Shown here piece after piece: positions 13,301 to 23,195 of a DNA stretch of 64,000 nt. The notes under the pieces were generated by a model. It ran no database searches and had not been told where the DNA came from. It worked only from the letters and a program-made list of their open reading frames with translations. Position numbers and translations under genes: made by a program. This stretch comes from Azolla caroliniana (taxonomy: Eukaryota; Plantae; Polypodiophyta): NCBI GenBank assembly GCA_043228905.1, contig JBHGNT010000020.1, positions 4,650,001 through 4,714,000 of the forward strand. Direction: 5' to 3'. The first letter of the stretch is position 1. Every line of letters begins with the position of its first letter.

Positions 13301-13593
13301 ACCCCAACACACATCCAAAAAACACGGCTATGCCCCCGACAAAAAACGGGGGCACAAGGACACACAAAGCATCAAATTCATCCCCCACTGCCCCCACCTC
13401 CTTCTTAAGGACCCAGTCCTTTATCCCAAGTTATGGATAAAGCTATGCTTATCCCGTACCACCCACACATCCCATACCCCCCACGTACCCTATATTTGTC
13501 CCGATGAATGTACGACCACCTACCTCCCTACCCCCACCTATGAAACAATCAATGTCTCACTTCAAGACCATCAAACCCACCACACGGTCCTAT

Positions 13594-13675
13594 CCTCGAC
13601 CCTCAGTTCCTCGACCCCCAGTCCTTCAACCCCCAGTCCCTCGACCCCCAGTCCCTCGACCCCCAATTCCACGAC
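13594..13675 (+). repeat. 15-bp tandem repeat (CCTCGACCCCCAGTC) x ~5 in a Pro-rich PLE upstream ORF (13504-13848)
   Basis: Directly visible; encodes (PRPPV)n or (STPSP)n depending on frame. Confidence 0.75.
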
Positions 13676-14025
13676 CCATGCCTTACCCCTGGCCCCCAGT
13701 CAAACGACCTACTCCTCATCCTCGGCCCCCAGTCCCGCAAGGCGCACCCAACACACGCACCACGGGACCGAAACTAAATCCTCTACCAAGAAAATACGTA
13801 GGGGTAGACTTAGAAAATTACATTGGCTCCCGCTTCTTCAACCATTAACCTACCTCCACATTTTACTGGGAAGGCAAACACCCTCCCAGCTCAAGAATAG
13901 GATCACTAATCACTCATTGCACAACCTTTCCTCTTTCCACCTTCCTCCACCCCAACTCAAACTTCTAAGCTTAGGTCTAGACTTTATTCCCCTAGCCCAA
14001 CCTATTAGAAAACAACAATTGATAG

Positions 14026-15651
14026 ATGCCGTTGTATCCTTGGATAGAACTTACCACCTCAAATATTTCTTTAGAAACTCTACTAACATTATCTCTCCAT
14101 TTAGAATACCGAACCCCAGTTGGAATCCCCCAGCCGTGCCAGAAATCACACAAACCATCACATCTATCACCTCTGCCCTCCCCTCCCCACCCACCATCCC
14201 AACCTCGCCCTCATAGGAACTTTAGAACTGCACTACATAATCTCAAAAACAATGAAGACATAGTTATTAAAACCGCGGATAAAAATCTAGGCACGTGCAT
14301 TCTCTCTAAGGATTGGTACCTTAACGAATGCCTTAGACAGCTCAACGACAAAAACACTTACACCCCCGTCAAAGACATCCCCCTAGAAACTCTCCACAGT
14401 CGACTTGAACACCTATGTCTGAAAGCTTCCCCCCACCTCTCCAATGAGGAAATTAGATTCCTCCTTCAGAAACCCAAACATGGTTTTAGGATATGTTGTT
14501 TCTACATCATCCCCAAAATCCACAAGCCCATTGTTGTAGGACGCCCTATTTGCGCCTACAACAATTATGTTTGCGAAAGAGCCTCTAAATGGCTACACCA
14601 TCTACTACATCCTGTCTTATTGTCTAAAAAACAACACCTCAAAGACTCCTTAACACTTGTTAAGGACCTAGCACACCACACCTTCCCCAAAACTTGCACG
14701 TTGTTTTCTTTTGACGTAGTGTCACTATATCCCAGTATACCTACCACGGAAGGTCTATTGGTTTTTAAAAAATCTATTTCACATCATTTCCCATCACACA
14801 AAACCAAAATCATTATGAGTGTTGCCAAACTTATACTTAGAAACAATTTTCTCTCCTTTAATAATGCTTTTTGGTTACAAATTAAAGGCACCGCGATGGG
14901 TAGTAATTTTGCCGTTGTTTACGCTTGCTTGTTTCTTTCGCAGCTAGAGGACAACAACCTAGCTTTCCAAACACCGCAACTACTCTACTACAAACGCTAC
15001 ATCGATGATGCCATAGGAGTTTGGGAAGGTTCCCCCGATACACTTCACACCTTCTTACACCAATACGGCGTGCCTCTACAACAACACATCCGTATTGAAT
15101 CAACAACCTCCCCTAAAGAGATCACCATCCTGGACGTCGTCTTCTTCAAAGGCCCATACTTTAAAGAATTCGGCATCCTCGACACCGCATGCCACCAAAA
15201 ACCTCTCAATGCCTACATGTACCTCCCGTGGAAATCCTCTCACCCCATAGCACACCAAAAAGGCTTCATCACGGGAGAACTAAAACGGTATGCTATCCGG
15301 GAGAGCTCGGAAAATGGCTACATGGAACTACGCAAAAAGTTCTACGACCGCCTAAGAGCTAGGGGCTACCCATCGAAGTTCCTACTCAAGTGTTTTTCGA
15401 CTGTCCCCTACTCCATACGAAACCAACTACTCTCTAACCAACCCGACAAAAAAAAACTTCCACCCATTGTTTTTAAGCTTCGTTACTCCCCATGTATCAA
15501 AAAACTCCAAATCAGAGCACTCATGAGAAACAAACTTAAACCCCTTCTAGGACAACCACAATACAGTTCCCTTACACCCCCTCTCACGTGTTGGCTAAAT
15601 GGTAAAAAACTAAGAAACCACCTAGTACATGCATCCTTTCCCCCCACCTAA
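14026..15651 (+). CDS. PLE reverse transcriptase plus thumb, with no GIY-YIG; N-terminus lies in another frame (frame change about 14170-14216)
   Basis: IVIKTADKNLG, FYIIPKIHK..GRPI, FDVVSLYPSIP, QIKGTAMGS, KRYIDD, LDV, YLPWKSSHP, RLRARGYP, then stop at LRNHLVHASFPPT*. Confidence 0.9.
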   Translation: MPLYPWIELTTSNISLETLLTLSLHLEYRTPVGIPQPCQKSHKPSHLSPLPSPPHPPSQPRPHRNFRTALHNLKNNEDIVIKTADKNLGTCILSKDWYLNECLRQLNDKNTYTPVKDIPLETLHSRLEHLCLKASPHLSNEEIRFLLQKPKHGFRICCFYIIPKIHKPIVVGRPICAYNNYVCERASKWLHHLLHPVLLSKKQHLKDSLTLVKDLAHHTFPKTCTLFSFDVVSLYPSIPTTEGLLVFKKSISHHFPSHKTKIIMSVAKLILRNNFLSFNNAFWLQIKGTAMGSNFAVVYACLFLSQLEDNNLAFQTPQLLYYKRYIDDAIGVWEGSPDTLHTFLHQYGVPLQQHIRIESTTSPKEITILDVVFFKGPYFKEFGILDTACHQKPLNAYMYLPWKSSHPIAHQKGFITGELKRYAIRESSENGYMELRKKFYDRLRARGYPSKFLLKCFSTVPYSIRNQLLSNQPDKKKLPPIVFKLRYSPCIKKLQIRALMRNKLKPLLGQPQYSSLTPPLTCWLNGKKLRNHLVHASFPPT

Positions 15652-15750
15652 TGTTTTATGTACTCTCACCCCTCTTAACCCCCACCTAAAGTCTTGTGTA
15701 CACTCTTTTACCTTCCCTTTGTACACACTTTTGTATGTCCCACATACAAG

Positions 15751-18009
15751 GAAGAGATGCACGCATTGGCGGAGAACGAGACCTGGGACCTGGTTGACGC
15801 ACCGAAGGGTGTGAAGCCGATCGGGTGTAGATGGGTGTACAAAGTCAAGTACAACACCGATGGCTCGGTCAACCGGTACAAGGCTCGGGTAGTGGCAAAC
15901 GGCTACGCGCAGAAACACGGCATCGACTATGATGAGACGTTTGCGCCGGTCGCGAAAATGACGACCGTCCGTGTTTTGCTTGCAGTAGCCGTGGCCAAGG
16001 GGTGGCACTTACATCAGATGGATGTAAAGAATGCGTTCCTGCAAGGTGACCTTGAGGAACAGGTGTACATGGTACAGCCCCCCGGATTTCACTCCGGAAC
16101 GAACTCCTCGGCAGTATGCCGACTGAAGAAGTCCCTTTACGAACTGAAGCAAGCCCCGCGTGCCTGGAACGCGAAGATCACGCAACAACTGCGTCAGTTG
16201 GGATTCGTCACGTCAAAATCGGACTCTTCCCTGTTCATCCGGAAAGGTCGACTCGGACCGGTTAGTATTTTACTATATGTTGATGACTTGGTCATCACCG
16301 GCTCCGACCTAGGTGAAATCGACCGCGTGAAGCTCCAGCTTGCGGCATCATTCGACATGAAGGATCCGGGGGACCTTCATTACTTCCTCGGGATCGAAGT
16401 GATCCGTACCCCCGAAGGCATATTGATCAGCCAACGTCACTACGTGCTGAGTATGCTCTTCAAACTCGGGATGGCTGACTGTAAGTCCGTCTCGACTCCT
16501 CTGGACAGAACCATCAAGCTTCGTCCTGATACGGGAAAGGTATGCGACCCGACGAGGTTCCGACAAATTGTCGGAAGCCTCATATACTTGACCATCACCC
16601 GACCCGACCTCAGTTATCCGGTCGGTGTGATCAGTCAGTTCATGGCACGACCTACCGAGGAGCACCTTCAGTGTGCGCAACGCCTGCGGTACGTAAGTGG
16701 CATTAAGGACCGAGGACTGCTATATTAGACCGATGCAGCCGCGCAGTTAGTCGGCTACACCGATGTTGATTGGGCTGGCAACGCCGCCGATCGCCGATCC
16801 ACGTCCGGATACGCGTTCTCCCTCGGGAGTGCCGCGATCGTGTGGAGCAGTAAAAAGCAGCCGACAGTTGCACTGTCGAGCACCGAAGTTGAGTACCGAG
16901 GAGCGGCTGTCGCGACATGCGAAGCCATATGGTTGAAGCGGCTACCTAAGGACCTGCTAGAGGAGGTGTAAGATCCGACGACGATCTACTGCGACAACCT
17001 CAGCAGCATCCAACTCGCGAAAAACCCCGTTTTCCACGCACGGACCAAGCACATTTAGGTGCACTACCACTTCGTCCGTGAGCGTGTCCTTTCCGGTGAA
17101 GTCGAACTTCAGTACGTTCCGACGGATCGGCAGGCTGCCGACATCTTCACCAAGCCTCTTGGTCTGGACAAGTTGCGGCAATTCTCAGGTGCGCTCGATT
17201 TGCGTCACCTTGACGTGCCGAACTTGAGGGGGAGAACAGTCCCGAACGACCAAGCAAGGCAGCAGGAAAGGAGCGGTGACCATGACACCGAGTTGGTTGA
17301 CTCGTTTGTTGACTCGGTTGAAGACGGATCGGCTGAAGAAGCCGAGGGCGACTTCGGATCGGCTGAAGAAGCCGAGGGCGGACCCACAGAAAAGTCCGGA
17401 AACGGACAGAAGGGGAGCAGCCGAAGGAAAGAGCCGAAGCCAACCACGGATAGGGGAGATGACGCCATCGAGGGTGAGAAAACTCGGACGAGAGCGAAAA
17501 CCGATCGGGTGTAGCCGAGTCGGTTCGGATGTTTGATTCAGATAGGCTGAATCAACCGAGGCCCAAGCGGAAGAAAAGGCAGCTGAAGAAGCGTCAACAC
17601 CGCAACAACAGAAGAGTTGATAAGGGCCGCATGAGCAGACAAGCCGACCGGAAGGGTCGAAGCGCGCGGAGTCGGTAAACTAGGAGGTCGTTAGGAAAGA
17701 TATTCCATGAGGAATATATTTGGGAGTTAGTGTAGGAGCTCTTAATGAGCATTGAAGTACTGTCAGTACTTCGGTCAGTCCTTCTAGGACTTGTATAAAA
17801 GTGCTCACTGAGCATGTCTTATGTACACACACACACAGATTGAGTATTATTGTGAAATATAGTTTTTTGTGTTTCTCTCTCTGTCTCTCCCGCGTATACC
17901 GTGTAAGTCCAAGCTCTCCATTAAACCTGTGTTTCCTTCCTCTGTTCTATCTTCATACCTGCTTCCGCACGCAACGGAGCAAACCATGCCAAAGTTGAGC
18001 CACTTAACA
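15751..18009 (+). mobile_element. 3' half of a Ty1/copia element (RT, RNase H, 3' extension, LTR lacking its PPT and 5' end)
   Basis: EEMHALAENETWDLV...YVDD...ADIFTKP. Remnant LTR about 17680-18009 is similar to the 47188 LTR and ends TTAACA. Confidence 0.9.
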
Positions 18010-18365
18010 ATGTGCCTACTAAACCCACTCGTGATGCATCGGTGGGATATCAGGAAGGATGCATTTGAATGACTAATCGTACCTAATTAAGGAATCCTCT
18101 AAACTGCGATCACGTTCCATCGAATTTCATGGGAAGGCCGATCTTGGGTTCTTTATGAACCCCTTGCGTACTTGGTTGCTTCGAGATGTTGCACGTGTAA
18201 CGCTAGTTCCCCGTGTTGTTGTTGCGTTTGATGCTTGTCTAAGGAGATTTGTTGAAGCTCCCCCAGCAGTCGTTGATTTTCTTTTTCCAATGCGAGAAAC
18301 TTCTCTTTCAAGCATTGCAACTCCGAAAAAATGGATTGATATTCTTGAGTGCTAACAGTGGCCAT
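18010..18365 (-). pseudogene. N-terminal gag of the minus-strand gypsy element
   Basis: Coiled-coil MATVSTQEYQ... then KEPKIGLPMKFDGT*SQFRGFLN*VRL...YPTDASRVGLVGT, a typical chromoviral gag start. Confidence 0.8.
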
Positions 18366-18458
18366 AGTATGAGAGAAAAGTGGAATAAGAGATTAGTATG
18401 AAGGGAGGGAGAAGTAAGAAGATAAAGTAAGAGAAGGAGAAAAATCAGTTCAAACTGT

Positions 18459-19168
18459 TGTTGGGAAACAGGTCCCTCCGGATGGGAAGGGAGAAGAACA
18501 GTGCCGACAAACAATCTCAGCCGAGGCCGATAGGCCAAGGCCGGAACCGCATGAGGAGTACCCGGCTACGGAGTGCCGGATGGTGCAGACCTGGTGAGAA
18601 CCGGATGAGGAGTACCCGGCTACGGAGAGCTGGATGGTGCAGACCCGGTGAGAACCGGATAAGGAATACCCGGCTACGGAGAGCCGGATGGTGCAGACCC
18701 GATGAGAACCGGATGAGGAGTACCCGGCTACGGAGAGCCGGATGGTGCAAACCCGGTGAGAAGTGCTCACCGGATGAAGAGACATATTCGTAAATATGTT
18801 TCTAAGAGCCCATCGTGGCTATATTTGTAAATAGCCGAAAAGTCATATTAGTATAAATATGACTTAGGGCAAACTATTGTTGTGGTGGTTGTTTTATTCT
18901 TGTTGGTGCAAGAAGAGAGATAACGCATAACCGTGTACAAAGAGAGTGAGAGAGAAAGAGGTCGTTGCCTCTGTTGTAACCGCCGCCTGTGGCGAGGATC
19001 GTGAGCACGAGGTCGTTGCCTCCGTGAACTCACTGTTGTACATTCTAACATATTGATAGTTTGCAGTCTGTGGGCTACCGTGGTTTTTTCCCTAGTTTGG
19101 GTTTTTCCACCTAAACATCCTGTGTACTCTTCTCTTCACTGTGTCGTGAATTTATCTCCCGTTTTCTA
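18459..19168 (+). mobile_element. 3'-truncated copia LTR with a 54-bp CCGG-rich tandem array
   Basis: Starts TGTTGGGAAACAGGTCCCTCCGG and is homologous to 33602-34338. Confidence 0.85.
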
Positions 19169-19661
19169 AGGGAAAAACCAGAGGGGTTCACAAACCCCGA
19201 GAAACAGAATCACTACGATAGAGATGTAGTACAATAAGAATCTTGGAGGCAACGACCTCGAGTTCTTCTTCATCGGACTGAATGGTTGTGGAGTTACTAA
19301 GTCTTACACTCTCACTCTCTCTTCCTTATACAATTACAAAGGCAACTACCTTCTTAGTGACTTATTACCACTATATTGATTCAACTTCGCTTCTATAAAG
19401 TTTGCCCTAGTTGCTTATATACTAAAACACATTTTAGGATATTTACAAATATAGCCCACAAGGGGCACATTCAGACTATTTACAATTATAGCCCCTTGAA
19501 TTGGGAAATTGATTTTCGATTTCAGTTTTCGATCTCGGCCGAGGCCGCTCGAATTGGGAAATCAATTTTCGATTTCCGTTTTCGATCTTGGCCGAAATAC
19601 TCATTGACTCCACCAGATTCGGTTCTTTCTCTTCCCAGAAGGAGAGACTTGTTTCCTGACA
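19169..19661 (-). mobile_element. 3'-truncated related copia LTR in opposite orientation
   Basis: Minus strand starts TGTCAGGAAACAAGTCTCTCC, similar to the 22832 LTR. Confidence 0.7.
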
Positions 19662-22600
19662 ATGAAGAGGGTCGAAGTATGCTTGCATATGCAAAGTTAC
19701 CGAAGACGTTCGGGGTTGAGGTGTTGATGACGACATCGTATGTGATAAACCAGTACCCTTGGATGGTGATATTCCGCAAAGGGTGTGGAGTGGCAAATAC
19801 GTTTCATACCGACACTTGAGGGTGTTCGGATGTCTTGCCTATGTGCATGTTGCAAAGGACCAGTGGGGGAAGCTGGACCCGAAATCTCGGCCATGTATAT
19901 TTCTCGGCTACGGCGACGACGAATTCAGCTATCCGCTATGGGACTTAACCGAGAAGAAGGTGATTAGGAGCTAACACATCGTCTTCATGGAAGAGAAGAC
20001 GATTGTCGATTGGGAGATTGAGAATAAGTCTCCAACTACGAATCGAGCCGAGTTGATGCTCGGCCGAATCGAGTAGAAGCCAATTCGATCGAAATCGAAT
20101 CTGAGCGAGTCAATCGAGATAATACTCGGCAAAATCAAGAACTGATTGAAGAACAATGGGAACTGGCCAAATGAGGAACCGAATTTGACTCGGCCGAAGA
20201 AGTCGACGAAGAACTGACCGTGCCGAATGGAGGCCGAAGATATCCCCTTAGAGAGAGAAGGCCCCCCCGGAGATTCCCAGATAGGGAATATATGATTGTA
20301 ACGGATGAAGGGGAGCCAGAAAACTTTGAAAAAGCTATAAACGATACCCACAGCCGAAAGTGGTTAAGTGTCCTGCAAGATTAGATGGATTCCTTGCATG
20401 AGAACCACACGTATGAATTGAACGAGTTGCCAAAAGGGAAGAAGGCACTTCGGAACAAGTGGGTATACAAACTTAAACTGGGAGATGGCAGGAATCCACC
20501 CAGATATAAAGCCCGAATTGTGGTGAAAGATTTCCATCAAAAGAAGGGTGTGGATTTCAATGAGATATTTGCTCCAATAGTGAAGATGATGTCAATCCAA
20601 ACAGTGATGAACATAGCGGCCAGCATGGATCTCAAAGTCGAGCAACTGACGTCAAGATTGGCTTCCTCCATGGAGATTTGGAGGAAGAGATATACATGCA
20701 CCAGCTAGAAGAATTCATGGAGAAAGGTAAAGAAAACCTGGTATGTTGATTGAGAAAGACCCTATATGGGCTGAAGCAGGCACCTTGACAATGGTACCGA
20801 AAGTTCGAATATTTCATGGTGGATCTCGGTTTTGGCAAGACACAAGTTGATCATTGCGTCTTTATCAAGAAGTATGATGGAGGAGATTTCCTAATCCTCC
20901 TGTTGTATGTTGATGACATGTTGATTGTCGAACAAGACCCGAGGAAAATCAGAAGTTTGAAGAAGGCTTTGAGTAGGTCGTTCTCGATGAAAGATATGGG
21001 TTTGGCAAAAAAAATCTTGGGAATGCACATTGTTCAGGATCAAACAAAGAAATTGTTATGGTTTTCACAAGAGAAGCACGTGACAAAAGTGCCCTAGAGA
21101 TTCGGCATGGAAAGCACGAAACCGGTCGACTCGACACCAAGGTTGTTAGGTACATTAGGTACGTTAGGTACGGTACGGATACCATACGTATTTAACGTAT
21201 TAATACCCGTATAGTACCTCCCAATTTAAAAATACATTAAATACGTTTTCTTAATATGTTAAATACTTATAAAATACGTATTTTACGTATTTTACATATA
21301 GTACGTTAAATACTTCTAGAATTTGAAAATTATTTACCTTTCTAAAAAATATCTATAATAATGTAAAAAACATCTATGTTCACACAATTTTGTGATGTAC
21401 AATATAGTTCTACATCCTAAAATGCATATAAGACATTTGAACATTTCACATCCTAAAATACTTTTAGTAATATGGATGTCGACATTCCCTTTTCTATAAA
21501 TCAGTGTAAGTGTGTATCACGATGTTCTACTTCAAATTGTAATTATTTACAATTATGCCTTCATAGATTGAGGAATCATTTACGATTATCACACTCATGA
21601 TAGGTTTCTCTTTTCATCATTTTCTTCTTCTTCTTCTTCTATCTACTACGATTATCACACTCATGATAGGTTTCTCTTTTCTTCGTTTTCTTCTTCTTCT
21701 TCTTTTTCTTCTATCTACTGCGATTATCACACTTAGGACCGGTTTATGTCTTCTTTTCTCTCTTCTTCTTCTTCATCGTCATCTCTTCTATGCTTCTTTC
21801 TTCCTTCCTTTGCCTTCTTTTTCAGTAAAATCTTTTTTTTCTTTTGCTTTTTGTTAGGGTTTTACTTACATTTTCTTTATAAATACGTATTATACCTATT
21901 TTTTTATAAATACATTAAATACCGTATTGGACAAATGTACATGATATTTGACTAAACAACATTGAGGTATAGTAGGTACTATACAAATGATGAGGTACTA
22001 TACGTATTTAAACGTTAAATACGGGTTCGTAAACAACCATGCGAGTCGACATTGCCAACAAACTGTAAGCTATCAGGAAGTCAATGTTCGAAATCGAAAT
22101 CAGAAAAAGCTAAGATGAACAAGATCTCGTATGCCTCAACAGTTGGATCAGTCAGCCGATATAGCCGAAATCGAAGGCAGAAAAAGCTGAGATGAACAAG
22201 ATCATGTATGCCTCAGCAGTCGGAGCGGTCAATCAGAGCAATCCCGAAAGAGGGCATTGTGCAGCGGTCAAGTGGTCAAGTGGATACTTCGGTACCTATG
22301 GCACCTCGAGCGTGTGTCTCTGATTCGGCTCAGGTAACCCCACACTAGAAGGTTATATTGATTCTGACATGTCAGCTGATGTGGATACTAGTTGATCCAC
22401 ATTCGGATACGTGATGACTTATGCTGGGGTAGATGTCTCGTGGCAGTCGAGGCTGTAGAAGGTCGTGGCGCTGTCGACCACGGAAGCCGAGTATATCGCT
22501 ACAGTGGAAGTTGGCAAGGAGATCATTTGGATGAGGGAGTTCACCGGAGAGTTGGGAATTCAACAAGAGGAATTCCGACTCCATTGCGATAACGAGAGTG

Positions 22601-23157
22601 TCATCCACCTTGCAAAGAATGCCACCTACCACTCGATGACCAAGCACATCCAAAGGAGATACCATTGGCTTTGAGAGTGAGTAGAAGAAAATTAGTTTGC
22701 TTTAGTAAAGATCCACACGAATGACAACGGGTCAGACATGTTGATGAAGGTGTTATCGGCGGAGAGGCTAATTGTGTGCCGACAAAGACTCAAATTGGAG
22801 AAGTACCCCATGCCAGAGTGAAGGGGGGGTTTGTTGGGAAACATGTTCCTCCAGATGGGAAGAGAATGAACCAAAACGGATGGAGTCAATGAGTATTTCG
22901 GCCAAGGCCGAAATCGAAAACCAAAACTGAAATCGGGAGAACATATATATAAATAGTCTAAATGTGCCCCATGTGGGCTATGTATGTAAATAGCCAGAAA
23001 GTTGTATATGTATAAATACAACTACGACAAACTTTATAAGAATGATGTGGAATCATTATAGTTGCCTCTGTAACGGTGTAAGAGTGGGAGAGAGAGTGAG
23101 AGGGAGAGACAGAGGGAGAGGGAGAGTGAGAGAGTGAGTGAGAGTGGGAGAGAGAAT
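19662..23157 (+). mobile_element. 3' half of a decayed Tnt1/Tork-like copia (integrase end, RT, RNase H, PPT, partial LTR from 22832)
   Basis: RSMLAYAKLPK, LLYVDDML, ALSTTEAEY, PPT GAAGGGGGGG followed by TGTTGGGAA. Confidence 0.88.
21138..22041. mobile_element. AT-rich non-autonomous DNA transposon (MITE, hAT-like), copy 1
   Basis: Imperfect TIR CAAGGTTGTT...AACAACCATG, subterminal TACG repeats, interrupts copia RT. Near-identical to 49157-49983; TSD is degenerate. Confidence 0.85.
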
Positions 23158-23195
23158 GTAGAATCCCGACATTCGTGTCGGTGTTCTCCACTTCA

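Larger units (their letters stand above)
13305..15750 (+). mobile_element. Penelope-like retroelement (PLE), endonuclease-deficient, probably 5'-truncated
   Basis: PLE N-terminal motif NLSS..L..LL..GLDFIP (ORF ending 14216) followed by PLE RT. Strongly C/A-rich sense strand, no LTR, no TSD. Left boundary is approximate. Confidence 0.88.

Noticed and set aside
13790-13848. KYVGVDLENYIGS in the Pro-rich PLE frame resembles a GIY-YIG motif
   Set aside because: No G(I/V)Y, no downstream Arg/His/Glu/Asn catalytic residues, and a stop follows within a few codons. It is the alternative frame of KKIRRGRLRKLHW.
15694-15750. PLE-copia fusion protein (ORF 15694-16728)
   Set aside because: The first ~19 codons are PLE 3' sequence that is in frame by chance at the deletion junction, and the start is not ATG.
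18545-18780. Regular 54-bp repeats as a CRISPR array or repeat protein
   Set aside because: No unique spacers or cas genes. They are tandem units inside copia LTRs, and the ORFs are by-products of a stop-free unit whose length is a multiple of 3.
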